Positions 1-9,860 of a stretch of DNA of 64,000 nucleotides are shown piece by piece (position 1 is the stretch's first letter; each line of letters opens with the position of its first letter). The notes under the pieces were generated by a model. It was given only the letters and a program-made list of their open reading frames with translations. It was not told where the DNA came from and searched no databases. Both the position numbers and the translations under genes were made by a program. The stretch covers positions 26,403-90,402 of IMG/VR virus record IMGVR_UViG_3300047476_000792; one strand, given 5' to 3'. This DNA comes from a virus.

Positions 1-940
1 ACTCTTTTTAGAGATGGAAAATCAGAACTTTAGAAATATTAAGGTTCTGTTCGTTGGAGATCCGCACCAAATCAATCCAGTGAACCATACTATGGCAATT
101 CCGATGCTAGAGACCCGCCGAGTAGAGTATAATATAGAACATGTAAAACTTGATAAGATTGTTCGACAAGCCGAAGGAAATCCTATTATTGCTCTTTCAC
201 AAAAGGTCATTAAAGATAGTTTTGAATATCTTCCCGGAACTAAAGAAATTCAAGGTGATTCAGGAGTAGTAATTATATCAAATAGTCAAACAAAAATTCT
301 TGCAGATCTTATAAAATATTATTTCGGATCGACTGCATTCGATTATGACCAGAATTTTTGCAAAATAATCGCATGGAGAAATTCTACTGTAGATTACTAT
401 AACAAATTTGTTCGGGCATTTAAATATGGCAATAAAGCCGCAAAGATTGTTCTCGATGAAAAATTAATAGTTGGACGACCTATTTGGTCTGATGATGGAA
501 CGGAAACTCGATTTGTCACTAATGAAGATTTAGTTGTTAAACAGATTGAAGTTAAAGAGAAAACGACTATAGGTGGATATAAATGGAAATATTATGACTG
601 CCTTGTTCAAGGATTTGAGAATGTTGATAATATTCATATTTTACATGAATCCGAAGAAGTTGCCTTTGCAAAGACTCTGAAGAATATGGCAGATAATGCC
701 TCATCAGAAGCAGATATCTCTAAGAGAATTAAGAAATGGAAAGATTTCTATAATTTTAAAGAGAACTTTGCAGAAGTTAAGTATGCATATTCAAATACTA
801 TTCATAATGCACAAGGAAGTACTTATGATAATACATTTGTAATGTATAGTGATATTATGCTTAATAAGAATGAGGAGGAGCGCAAAAGAATATTATATAC
901 TGCAATGACTCGGCCTAAAAAAATGTTATATATCGTTTAA
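1..940 (+). CDS. dda: Dda/RecD-like SF1B DNA helicase (5' partial)
   Basis: Motifs VGDPHQINPV, IVRQAEGNPII, TIHNAQGSTYD, YTAMTRPK; frame is open to the window start. Confidence 0.85.
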   Translation, partial: LFLEMENQNFRNIKVLFVGDPHQINPVNHTMAIPMLETRRVEYNIEHVKLDKIVRQAEGNPIIALSQKVIKDSFEYLPGTKEIQGDSGVVIISNSQTKILADLIKYYFGSTAFDYDQNFCKIIAWRNSTVDYYNKFVRAFKYGNKAAKIVLDEKLIVGRPIWSDDGTETRFVTNEDLVVKQIEVKEKTTIGGYKWKYYDCLVQGFENVDNIHILHESEEVAFAKTLKNMADNASSEADISKRIKKWKDFYNFKENFAEVKYAYSNTIHNAQGSTYDNTFVMYSDIMLNKNEEERKRILYTAMTRPKKMLYIV

Positions 941-945
941 TTCTG

Positions 946-974
946 TTGAATATATGATAGCCATGTACTAAAAT
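946..974 (+). promoter_or_regulatory. sigma70-type promoter TTGAAT-N17-TAAAAT
   Basis: Consensus-like -35/-10 pair ending 7 nt before the ATG at 982. Confidence 0.55.
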
Positions 975-981
975 AGTGTAT

Positions 982-1149
982 ATGCAAGTTAAAGACTATT
1001 ATATAGGGTTTTTTCGATATGATGACTCTAAGATTTGGAATAAAACAAATCTAAATGAAGATGAGAAAGTACTTAGGGAGTATTTAGAAAACCTCACCTA
1101 TGTCGATAAACTTTCTATTAATATCCGAAAAATACAGTTACCAGAATAA
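982..1149 (+). CDS. small hypothetical protein (55 aa, MQVKDYYIGFFRYDD...), not in ORF track
   Basis: ATG..TAA read manually; fills the gap and follows a promoter. Confidence 0.6.
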   Translation: MQVKDYYIGFFRYDDSKIWNKTNLNEDEKVLREYLENLTYVDKLSINIRKIQLPE

Positions 1150-1157
1150 TATAATAT

Positions 1158-1799
1158 ATGAAACCACAATTTAACAAAGAATACTGGACTAACCAGTTAA
1201 AAATAGAAGCAGGTGTGTCTCATGTACCTGATGAGGATTTGCATAAACATTTTATTTTGTTTGGGACATTTTCTAATGACGATGGAAATAAAGTATCTGC
1301 AAAAGAATATATTGAGAATCAGCTTAAATATCTTGAAGAACAGTATAATTCTGTAGATGCTAACTTGGAAAGTGATATAGCATCATTAATAGCAGATGTT
1401 CCTGAGAAATTTAAAAGTGAATGGGTAGGAGGAGAATCTACAAGTATAGCAAATACAGAGATTAGGCTGTTACCAACCGTTCAACAAACTATAAACCGTT
1501 CAGATATACACTACTATGACGTTGTTGTGGATGGTAATGCATTTACTGTTGCAATAAACGATCATGGCGATGATTTTAGAATCAAGGACCAGATAAATCA
1601 TGTAAAGCATACAACATTCTTCATTGAAGAACGTAATCCGATGAATATCACAGGTTTTGAGAATATTATTTCTTACTATCAATTTGCGAATATGGTGCAA
1701 TCAGTTGTTAAGAAAAACTCAACAGACCTATCTGCATACGAAAAAATATCACAGAATATAGATACCGTTTTTGATGGTATTAAATTGGAAGGATTTTAA
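1158..1799 (+). CDS. hypothetical protein
   Basis: 213 aa ORF in operon context. Confidence 0.7.
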   Translation: MKPQFNKEYWTNQLKIEAGVSHVPDEDLHKHFILFGTFSNDDGNKVSAKEYIENQLKYLEEQYNSVDANLESDIASLIADVPEKFKSEWVGGESTSIANTEIRLLPTVQQTINRSDIHYYDVVVDGNAFTVAINDHGDDFRIKDQINHVKHTTFFIEERNPMNITGFENIISYYQFANMVQSVVKKNSTDLSAYEKISQNIDTVFDGIKLEGF

Positions 1800-1800
1800 T

Positions 1801-2028
1801 ATGATTCAAAGATTTAAAAATAAATTAGCATCTCTCATACTAACATGGGCACTTGATCATAATTTCAGAGTAGATAAATCTGAACCATTATACAAGACAC
1901 ATAACCTATATCAAATAGGTGATGCGAAGTTTGTTGGTCGTTCAGAATACTCTGCAATCGTATTCTCTGTTTTAGAGGGTGATGGAAGCCAACCGAAGTT
2001 TATTGAAGAGGTGGTATTTTATAAATAA
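1801..2028 (+). CDS. hypothetical protein
   Basis: ATG immediately after the previous stop. Confidence 0.6.
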   Translation: MIQRFKNKLASLILTWALDHNFRVDKSEPLYKTHNLYQIGDAKFVGRSEYSAIVFSVLEGDGSQPKFIEEVVFYK

Positions 2029-2065
2029 AACTTGAAAAATAGATATATTTTTATAAGTGTGTTGA

Positions 2066-2860
2066 ATGATTAAATCGTTTCAATTCTTATCTGGATTCGC
2101 TACTGGATTCCCTCATCTTAAAGATCGCAAGTTTCAGTTTAATGATAATCTGAATATTTTATTTGGAAATGTCGGTAGTTGTAAATCGACTATATTGAAA
2201 ACTATGGCTGCATATTGCGGTATCCAAGTAGGAGGATGGAGTACGATCTCCGATCCTCCAAAACTTGCATACGATAAGCCTGAACACTTCCCATTATGTT
2301 ATAGGAATTATTCCCCTGGACAGTGTGATGCCCGCGTTGAGTGGGATGGAACCCCGTCATTTTATAATGATTCAGAGGCAATGGGTAAGAACGATAATAC
2401 ATGGTTTTTTAGCAATGCTAGCCAGTCAGCAGATGGAATCACATCAGAAGCAGAACAGATGGATATTCTTGCATCTAAACCATCATCAGGACAATATAGA
2501 ATTCATAAGATAAACAAGATTATGAAGGTGATTCAATATCCTCCTAATCTTGAAGTGATTCCTCCTAATATTCTTGATCCAAGGATGCGCGAATTGGCAA
2601 AGCTGGAAGTGGCTTATATTCAATCTCTTCCTAGAGATGGAAAAATAACATTGTTATTGGACGAACCAGAAAAGGCATTATCTATTCCTAAACAGATAGA
2701 ATTGTTCGACGTTTTGGTTAAGTTATCGGAACATTTTCAACTTATAGTTGCCACCCACAGTCCTTTTATATTAGAATATAAAAAGGTTAATATCCTAGAT
2801 GTCAGCCCTGGTTATGTAAAGGACTGCCGAAACTTGATAAAAGGACTTTCTAAAAAGTAA
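2066..2860 (+). CDS. ABC/AAA_21-type ATPase
   Basis: Walker A GNVGSCKS, signature-like SSGQ, Walker B LLLDEPE, H-loop ATHSP. Confidence 0.8.
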   Translation: MIKSFQFLSGFATGFPHLKDRKFQFNDNLNILFGNVGSCKSTILKTMAAYCGIQVGGWSTISDPPKLAYDKPEHFPLCYRNYSPGQCDARVEWDGTPSFYNDSEAMGKNDNTWFFSNASQSADGITSEAEQMDILASKPSSGQYRIHKINKIMKVIQYPPNLEVIPPNILDPRMRELAKLEVAYIQSLPRDGKITLLLDEPEKALSIPKQIELFDVLVKLSEHFQLIVATHSPFILEYKKVNILDVSPGYVKDCRNLIKGLSKK

Positions 2861-2869
2861 GTAGGTTCT

Positions 2870-3478
2870 ATGAAAATGGAAACTTTTATCGGAAACGCAA
2901 TAAGCAGAATGATTTCCGAAGGAGTATCAGTTGAGTTTACTAAAAGGAAGCGAGTAGGAAAATTCGGTTATAATTTTTTTTATGATGGAACCCATAAAGA
3001 TTATGGACCTATTCCGCTTTTCAAGATTCATTTTTATAATGACTCATTAGAGGAGAATTATGGAATATTCGTCCACGAATATTCCCATTTTTTACAATGG
3101 CAAGAAAAGATTCCTCTATGGAAAATAGCACAGAAATCCAATAAGAGATTTGATGATTGGTTACAACAAAAGACCAATGAAATAGATATAGAGGATATTC
3201 GAAATATCCAGAGGCTTGAATTAGATTGTGATAAAAGAGCTATTCAATGTATAAAAGACAACAATCTCCTTATTGATATACCGTCATATATAAAGGAATC
3301 CAATGGATACATTATGTCACATAATATAATGGTTAAATCTAGGACATTCTTCGTATCAGCATCATATAGTGATCCAGAAGTTGTACAATATATTCCTGAA
3401 GAACACTTAACTGAGGATCAATTAGACTACTGCCCTGTAGAGTTTTCGGAGGCATTTCTTAAAAAGTCTCTAGAATAA
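2870..3478 (+). CDS. putative HExxH zinc metallopeptidase
   Basis: VHEYSHFLQW followed by downstream LELDCDKRA. Confidence 0.6.
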   Translation: MKMETFIGNAISRMISEGVSVEFTKRKRVGKFGYNFFYDGTHKDYGPIPLFKIHFYNDSLEENYGIFVHEYSHFLQWQEKIPLWKIAQKSNKRFDDWLQQKTNEIDIEDIRNIQRLELDCDKRAIQCIKDNNLLIDIPSYIKESNGYIMSHNIMVKSRTFFVSASYSDPEVVQYIPEEHLTEDQLDYCPVEFSEAFLKKSLE

Positions 3479-3479
3479 G

Positions 3480-3959
3480 TTAATAAAGTTTTTTAGAAAG
3501 ATTTGAGAACATATCTCCTAAATTATTATCATGAAGAAATTCTTTAAGCTTTCTGGGATCGATAGATTCAGAATAATCGGATAATATTAATTCATCAGCA
3601 ATACATCCATCCAAGCCATCTATGGAAGATTTAGAAGGAACCTTAATATTATTTTTTATAAAAAACAATTTACCCGTGAGTTTCTTTAGCTTCTGGCATA
3701 TTTTATTAATATGCTTATCCAATTTATCCCGGTCATAATATTTTAACAATTCATGAGAATCGGATAAAACATGGGAGTGGTAGAATCGAACAGAAGAATC
3801 TTTTATACGGTTATTAAATTCGTGTATAAAAAAATACATGATTATTTTTTTAACATCAGGAGTGAATTTATTCAATAAATGGTAATCATAGAGAAGATTT
3901 ACCACATCTGTTTCTATATTAAAGAGAACTTCATCAATAGATATTAAGGTATATGTCAT
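3480..3959 (-). CDS. hypothetical protein
   Basis: 159 aa ORF in a minus-strand operon. Confidence 0.65.
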   Translation of the reverse strand: MTYTLISIDEVLFNIETDVVNLLYDYHLLNKFTPDVKKIIMYFFIHEFNNRIKDSSVRFYHSHVLSDSHELLKYYDRDKLDKHINKICQKLKKLTGKLFFIKNNIKVPSKSSIDGLDGCIADELILSDYSESIDPRKLKEFLHDNNLGDMFSNLSKKLY

Positions 3960-3970
3960 ACCCTAATATA

Positions 3971-4714
3971 CTACTCACCACAGTTGAATTCATACTTAAA
4001 AATCTCTTCTTTGTCCGCACCTAAACCTTGTAACATTCGCTCTTTCCATTTTTCGTCACGATCAGGAACTTGATTCCAAAAGAATTTTTCAACAGTATAA
4101 TTGTAATGGTATTTACCTTCTACGGAATTTTCATACAACCGTAAAATTCCGTAATCATTATCATCCATTTTAGGATTTGGACAACTTGCTATTACAATAG
4201 AGGAATTAGAAGCCTTAGAAGAAATGAGAGGCATTATTGCGCTTAAAACATCTTTATGTGATATATATGATGCATAGTCATAATCCATTAGATATATGCG
4301 ATTCAGCGAACGACCACATACTCCGCGTGTATAATATTCGAAAAATATTATCTCTGAACCATTTAAAAATGCTATTCTATTTTTAGTTTTATGGCATAAA
4401 ATTTCTTTTAAGTTTGCAATGTCTATGATTCTTTCTATATTATAATCTGATATTGCTTCTTTAGTGGACACTATACATATACTACAGCCAGAAAAATTAA
4501 GTGCATGATAAATCGCATCAATCAATATCATGGTGGTTGTTCCGACTTGTCTGCTTGCTACCAGTATATTTATTTTATTAGAATTCCAACTAGTTAGTAT
4601 CTCTTTTTGACGTGTGTATAGTTTTATAGGTGCCGATTCTTCATAAAAAGTAGAAACCCTTATATTTTCTTCTGCCCAACGAATTACATCATGATATACT
4701 ATTTCTTCTGACAT
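3971..4714 (-). CDS. terminase large subunit (gp17)-like ATPase domain only, degenerate catalytic motifs
   Basis: LYTRQKEIL (adenine-binding motif), ASRQVGTTT (cf. SRQxGKT), FLNGSEI, W..VPDRDEKW, FKYEFNC; no nuclease domain. Confidence 0.75.
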   Translation of the reverse strand: MSEEIVYHDVIRWAEENIRVSTFYEESAPIKLYTRQKEILTSWNSNKINILVASRQVGTTTMILIDAIYHALNFSGCSICIVSTKEAISDYNIERIIDIANLKEILCHKTKNRIAFLNGSEIIFFEYYTRGVCGRSLNRIYLMDYDYASYISHKDVLSAIMPLISSKASNSSIVIASCPNPKMDDNDYGILRLYENSVEGKYHYNYTVEKFFWNQVPDRDEKWKERMLQGLGADKEEIFKYEFNCGE

Positions 4715-4722
4715 ATGGGTAT

Positions 4723-5190
4723 TTATTTTATATCTTTGAAGATCTCTTGGGATATTTTCTTATATTTTTCCCGCAAATCCTTTGGACAATTACCAATACG
4801 GAAGTGGATTATACCATTAAAGAAACTATCATCGAATAAGACTCCGTGGCGCATTTGTTCCAAGGTTTCCATATACGACATCGTCCATTTAGTTTCACAA
4901 CAATGTAAAATTGTACGTTTAAATATGTCTGGACCGTATTTTTTAAGAATCTCTTTCAAATCGTTTGAACTACCATAGTATTTTTTCCAATCAGATTCTT
5001 TCATTACTCGACGACTACGAGTTTTACCTTTAAGGGGTTTTAACTTAGTATTACTCCAGAATATTTTCTTTCCTAAGTATTTTGTCGGTTTATCTTTAGG
5101 ATAATCCTCGGGAATATTTACTATCTCTATAAGATATACAAATCCTAAATAATCATCTATATTTTCTGGAATATTTTCCCATTCGTTCAT
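4723..5190 (-). CDS. GIY-YIG family endonuclease
   Basis: GFVYLI...KYLGKK, WKKYYGSS, FKRTIL, FNGII. Confidence 0.75.
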   Translation of the reverse strand: MNEWENIPENIDDYLGFVYLIEIVNIPEDYPKDKPTKYLGKKIFWSNTKLKPLKGKTRSRRVMKESDWKKYYGSSNDLKEILKKYGPDIFKRTILHCCETKWTMSYMETLEQMRHGVLFDDSFFNGIIHFRIGNCPKDLREKYKKISQEIFKDIK

Positions 5191-5199
5191 AAACTTTAT

Positions 5200-5820
5200 T
5201 TATGAACGTTTTTTGCGTTTTCTACGTCTTTTTCCTATAATATAAGGAACCCGTGCATCGGATGTATCATAGAGACCGTCATTTCCCAGAACAGATGCAA
5301 CAGATATATCTTCTTTTATGTTCTTCTTTTTCTTAGGTTTCCTCTGAGGTTTAGCTGGATTGTCGAATTCCGCACCTATTGCGGCAAATAGTTGATCATA
5401 ATTGGCATCCCGTGAAAACTTCTCAGGAACTACAGAAATGTCATATAACATTTCTAAATCCCCCAATGCATTTTTCTGTTTATCGGTTAAACTTTGTGAT
5501 GCAGTATATTTTAGTTGTGGTGTATATTGTGTCACATCTTTATTAATCTTAATCCAACCCCTATTAAGGAGATAACCAATCGCTAGAATCATTTCAGAAG
5601 AATGATCTGTCTTGTCTGATATATTCTTTTCATAGAAATCTGTAGTATAATTAACTATGCTTTTTATTATTCTTATTGCATCAGAGCCGTGCTGTTGCCA
5701 GCGAACAGGCCGAACAATGCCAGAAGGACTTACCCAAAATCCATAAGGGCATTCATCAGGAAGTTCAGCAAACGACTCTGCAAGTATTTTTCTTATGAAT
5801 CTATCGAAATTTTCTGTCAT
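5200..5820 (-). CDS. hypothetical late protein, possible internal virion protein
   Basis: Likely start MTENFDRFIRKILAE at 5820, preceded by AAGTAAATA; basic C-terminus. Confidence 0.6.
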   Translation of the reverse strand: MTENFDRFIRKILAESFAELPDECPYGFWVSPSGIVRPVRWQQHGSDAIRIIKSIVNYTTDFYEKNISDKTDHSSEMILAIGYLLNRGWIKINKDVTQYTPQLKYTASQSLTDKQKNALGDLEMLYDISVVPEKFSRDANYDQLFAAIGAEFDNPAKPQRKPKKKKNIKEDISVASVLGNDGLYDTSDARVPYIIGKRRRKRKKRS

Positions 5821-5869
5821 ACTATAATATTTACTTGAAATCATATATAACATATGATATTTTTGATAA

Positions 5870-6271
5870 ATGAAAAGTGCAGCAGAAATTCAAGAAGAAT
5901 TTGTAAAAGAATTGGAGATGGATACACAGATGGACTCTACCAATGTGATGGATAAAATGCTATCATCTGCGAATATTAAACAAAAATGGCTTATACGAAA
6001 AATACGAGCACAGAGAAGATTATATGATTTGGTAGCGGTAAAGGACGGATTTGTAAATGATAAACTTAATAATGACAATCCTTTGAAATTGTCAAAGGCG
6101 GTTATGGCAGCAAAAGCAGGAAGCGATCCTACTTATAGAGAGTTACAAAAGGAGATCCAAGATCAAGAACTTCTTGTAGAATATTTAGATGGAACAGTTA
6201 ATAAAGTCTTAACTCAGATGAGTTATGAATTTAGAGCGATTGTTGATTTGATGAAGTTGGAACAACTGTAA
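5870..6271 (+). CDS. uvsY: UvsY recombination mediator
   Basis: 133 aa helical protein upstream of uvsW; ends LVEYLDG...SYEFRAIVDLMKLEQL. Confidence 0.7.
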   Translation: MKSAAEIQEEFVKELEMDTQMDSTNVMDKMLSSANIKQKWLIRKIRAQRRLYDLVAVKDGFVNDKLNNDNPLKLSKAVMAAKAGSDPTYRELQKEIQDQELLVEYLDGTVNKVLTQMSYEFRAIVDLMKLEQL

Positions 6272-6272
6272 T

Positions 6273-6845
6273 ATGAGTGGTAGATGTCGGCCTAATATAA
6301 TTTCTCCATCTCCACCGAAAAGGAGATATAGCAACACCAATGATTCGTATTATATAGATGTTGTCAGGAATATGTATAATCACCCACCATCACTAAGTGC
6401 TTGTTATAATACTGAAAATTTGATAGTATCTGGTATATGCGGAGTAGATCAGCTTCTTAATCACTACGAATCTTCTAGTAATTCATCTAATAGATTTAAT
6501 ATTTATTACCGTAAATGTGAATATTGTTCCACGATAAACAATATTTCCTATGAAATCGATAATTGTGAATCGTGTGGAGCACAGTTTGGATTGCTCGATT
6601 TTCTTGATAATGCACGAATAGCGGAATTGTTACAACCTCACTACACCTCACAAGATACTTCATCATATAAAAGACTTGCACTTGAAATAATAGAAAATGC
6701 ATTCAAGAAGCATATTGATTTTCATAAGAATGTTGATGATATTGTTAATTGTTTAATTGGTCTGCCTGAAGAGAAGATTGCTTCTCTTATAGGATATTTA
6801 ATAGGTTTTATTAAGCCTGATAAGATGTTCAAAACTAATGAGTGA
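6273..6845 (+). CDS. hypothetical protein with zinc ribbon
   Basis: CEYC...CESCGA. Confidence 0.55.
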   Translation: MSGRCRPNIISPSPPKRRYSNTNDSYYIDVVRNMYNHPPSLSACYNTENLIVSGICGVDQLLNHYESSSNSSNRFNIYYRKCEYCSTINNISYEIDNCESCGAQFGLLDFLDNARIAELLQPHYTSQDTSSYKRLALEIIENAFKKHIDFHKNVDDIVNCLIGLPEEKIASLIGYLIGFIKPDKMFKTNE

Positions 6846-8269
6846 CTGAAAAGATAAAGGTTGATGTAAAAAATAAGAATAGCACATTACAGTGCTCTCC
6901 AACTATTTTAAAACTTATTAGAGAAAAATTCTCTATAAAAAACCCTAACTATCAATCGCGCAAGTTTGCCGATAGAATATATGCAATAACCCCTTCTGGC
7001 GCATTCCAGACGGGGATTTGGTATGAAATTGAAGGATTTATTCGTGGTTTAAAAATCCCTGTCGAAGTTGAGATATCCGATGAATTCAGGAAACAGTTTA
7101 CACCTTCTACTGGCATAACCGAAATATCAAAAATTCCAGGGTTTACTTATTATGATTACCAAGAAGATACTTTAAAAGAGTTTTTAACCACTGGAAGGGG
7201 TATATCTATACTCGCTACAGGGGCAGGAAAATCGGTTTTAATTGGAGGACTGTGTAAAACTTTCCTAGATCATCGACCTGATTATAAAATATTAATCAGT
7301 GTCCCTAATACGTATCTATTAAATCAGTTATATGATTCGTTCATATATGAATTCGGAATTGCCTCTGTTACTAAATGGGGTGATAAAAATGTTCCAGATC
7401 TTTCCAAGAATATCATCATTGCCAATAATCAGATACTGGTATCTGATATAAAGGCAACACTTTCAATTGTTCAAGATTTTGATGTGGTGGTGGTGGATGA
7501 GGTTCATCGTATAGGCGATAAAAAAACTCAAATAGGAAAAGTCATACATAATATTCAGACACCGCATAAGTTTGGATTAACGGGAACGCTTCCAGATGAC
7601 ATCATGACGATATGGAATGTTCTAGGAAAGATCGGACCTATAGTATATGAGAAAAATTCTTATGATATTCGTAAGAAGGGAGCAATCACTGATATCGAGG
7701 TAAATGTCATCATCTGTAATCACCAAACAAAACCGGTGTTTTCACGAATAACTAACGAACCAACGGAGAAATATAATCAGGAATTAGATTATATTATGAA
7801 TCTTTCTTCGCGAAATGAAGTTGTTAAAAAAATAGTTCATAGCCTCTCGGGTAATATACTCGTAATGGTTGATCGTATTGATTACGGCAATACCTTGCTA
7901 GATATTCTTAAAAAAGAAGGAAAGAAAGTGTTCTTCATACAAGGTGACACTCCTATAGAAGAGCGTAATAGAATAACAAATCTCATGGAAAATGAGACTG
8001 GTATTATCTGTATCGCAATGAGTACCATATTCTCCACAGGTGTATCGGTCAAGAATCTACATTATGCCGTGTTTACATATATAGGAAAATCTACAGTGAA
8101 AATAGTACAATCAATCGGACGAACAGTTCGAAAACACGAAACAAAAAATAAGGCTATTATCTTCGATATAGCCGATAATTTACCATATTCCTTCAAACAT
8201 CTTAAAGAGAGATTAGGAATATATAAAGATCAAAGAATAGAATATAAAACAACAACAATAAAAATATGA
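6842..8269 (+). CDS. uvsW: UvsW SF2 DNA helicase
   Basis: YDYQ, ATGAGKS, DEVH, GLTGT, FSTGVSVKNLH, QSIGR. Confidence 0.93.
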   Translation: MTEKIKVDVKNKNSTLQCSPTILKLIREKFSIKNPNYQSRKFADRIYAITPSGAFQTGIWYEIEGFIRGLKIPVEVEISDEFRKQFTPSTGITEISKIPGFTYYDYQEDTLKEFLTTGRGISILATGAGKSVLIGGLCKTFLDHRPDYKILISVPNTYLLNQLYDSFIYEFGIASVTKWGDKNVPDLSKNIIIANNQILVSDIKATLSIVQDFDVVVVDEVHRIGDKKTQIGKVIHNIQTPHKFGLTGTLPDDIMTIWNVLGKIGPIVYEKNSYDIRKKGAITDIEVNVIICNHQTKPVFSRITNEPTEKYNQELDYIMNLSSRNEVVKKIVHSLSGNILVMVDRIDYGNTLLDILKKEGKKVFFIQGDTPIEERNRITNLMENETGIICIAMSTIFSTGVSVKNLHYAVFTYIGKSTVKIVQSIGRTVRKHETKNKAIIFDIADNLPYSFKHLKERLGIYKDQRIEYKTTTIKI

Positions 8270-8838
8270 ACAACAATAATTCAACAGAATGTTTCTATAT
8301 TACAGGAATGTGCCCAGTATCATCGCTAAATTATTCGGATGATAATTGGACGATCACGACATCTGGTAAAAAATATGAATATGATAATCCTATTTCAGAA
8401 GAACCCCCTGAAAAAGAGTTAAGTAAAAGTAAACTTCCACAATCCTTTGATGCACGGGATTGGGTTAATGAATGGCGAGAAACATTAAAAACTGCTCCTA
8501 CAATATCCTGGGATAATGATACTATGTTGACATGGTTTAGTAATGCATTAATGGCTGGATTTGATGAAGCTCATAGACGAGAACAAGGCAAAGAAAAATA
8601 TGTTTATATTCTGCGGTCATCACAACATTCTGGAGTTATTGCGACATATTCTGAACTACCTTCGAAAGAGGTGTGTGATAGAGATTATTCTTTATACCTG
8701 GGAAAAGATTTGTCATGTATCGGAGGCTCAGATATACCAATCGCAGGTCAAGGATCAGATTGGAACTGTGTTTTAGAAAAATGGAAATTGGATTCTACAA
8801 ATAGAATACATGAAAATGTGAAGATTGAGTACAAATAA
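8266..8838 (+). CDS. hypothetical protein
   Basis: 190 aa ORF overlapping the uvsW stop (ATGA). Confidence 0.6.
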   Translation: MNNNNSTECFYITGMCPVSSLNYSDDNWTITTSGKKYEYDNPISEEPPEKELSKSKLPQSFDARDWVNEWRETLKTAPTISWDNDTMLTWFSNALMAGFDEAHRREQGKEKYVYILRSSQHSGVIATYSELPSKEVCDRDYSLYLGKDLSCIGGSDIPIAGQGSDWNCVLEKWKLDSTNRIHENVKIEYK

Positions 8839-8841
8839 TTT

Positions 8842-9576
8842 ATGTGGGACGAAATTGAAGAAGATGGAATAATATTAGATGAGCGTGAGGAACTTGAAAT
8901 AGTTCTTGATGATATTCCTAAAAAACGTACTCGCCGTAAGAAGAATGAAGGTTCTCCTAACGAAGATTATGTTAATAAAGATGAGATGTGGCAGGAGTTG
9001 TACAATTATTACAAATCTTTAGGATCTTCGTATGATTGGGATCTACAAAAGATTAATGATAGACATAGCTTTCCTAAAATATCAGATAGATTAACTACTA
9101 TTATAAATGATATTGCAACAAAAATGGGATATCGTGCTAATTTTTGTAGGTATTCTTGGTTGGATGAGATGATTGGCGATGCGATATTAAAAATGATCAA
9201 AGCTGTTCGAGATTGCTCATTTAAATGTTATACTACAGCAGAAGTTATTGCAGTTGATAATTTCAACAACACTGTGACCTTTTATGATAAAAAGGGACAA
9301 GTTCAGAATAAACCATTCGAAGATACTGATACTTATTTCAAGGGAGATGATCATAAGGATTATATAAAGTTCAAAGCCAATCCTTTTGGATATTTTTCAC
9401 GAATAACGAGTCATTCTTATCTTAATCGAATAAAGAAAGAGAAGGATGCAGAGAAGACCAAGCGGGCGTTTCAAGAAGAAACGTGGGAACGTCTATATTC
9501 TAATGAGAATTTTAGAAATGTCCGTAGGCAGAAAATCATTGATTCTGATGAGAATGAGGCTATATTTGATGAATGA
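8842..9576 (+). CDS. gp55: late-transcription sigma factor gp55
   Basis: YVNKDE, NFCRYSWLDEMIGDAI, NPFGYFSRI...NRIKKEK; located upstream of gp47. Confidence 0.88.
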   Translation: MWDEIEEDGIILDEREELEIVLDDIPKKRTRRKKNEGSPNEDYVNKDEMWQELYNYYKSLGSSYDWDLQKINDRHSFPKISDRLTTIINDIATKMGYRANFCRYSWLDEMIGDAILKMIKAVRDCSFKCYTTAEVIAVDNFNNTVTFYDKKGQVQNKPFEDTDTYFKGDDHKDYIKFKANPFGYFSRITSHSYLNRIKKEKDAEKTKRAFQEETWERLYSNENFRNVRRQKIIDSDENEAIFDE

Positions 9577-9860
9577 GAAAATGGTTAGCAGATGAGATAT
9601 TCTCTTGGTATTATGGCGATACAAAGCTATGCGAGGAAAGACTGAACGTCTTTACCAGACATCTTCCTTCGTGGTATTTAAGATTCTTAGTGTGGAGTTT
9701 ACGAGATATTAGGTTTGATCCTAATTACGGATTTTTATATTATTGGTCCAAGAATGTCAAACAAACGTATCCTGAATTGCTCCCTCATGAAATTGTTGGG
9801 GTTGAACCGCTGAGTGGCCCAGTAGGTATTGTATTTGCCCTTAAATATTATTATGAATAA
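9573..9860 (+). CDS. small protein ending in a major-capsid (gp23) Gol-region-like segment
   Basis: C-terminal VKQTYPELLPHEIVGVEPLSGPVGIVFALKYYY resembles gp23 VRRAIPNLIAFDICGVQPMNSPTGQVFALRAVY. Confidence 0.65.
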   Translation: MRKWLADEIFSWYYGDTKLCEERLNVFTRHLPSWYLRFLVWSLRDIRFDPNYGFLYYWSKNVKQTYPELLPHEIVGVEPLSGPVGIVFALKYYYE

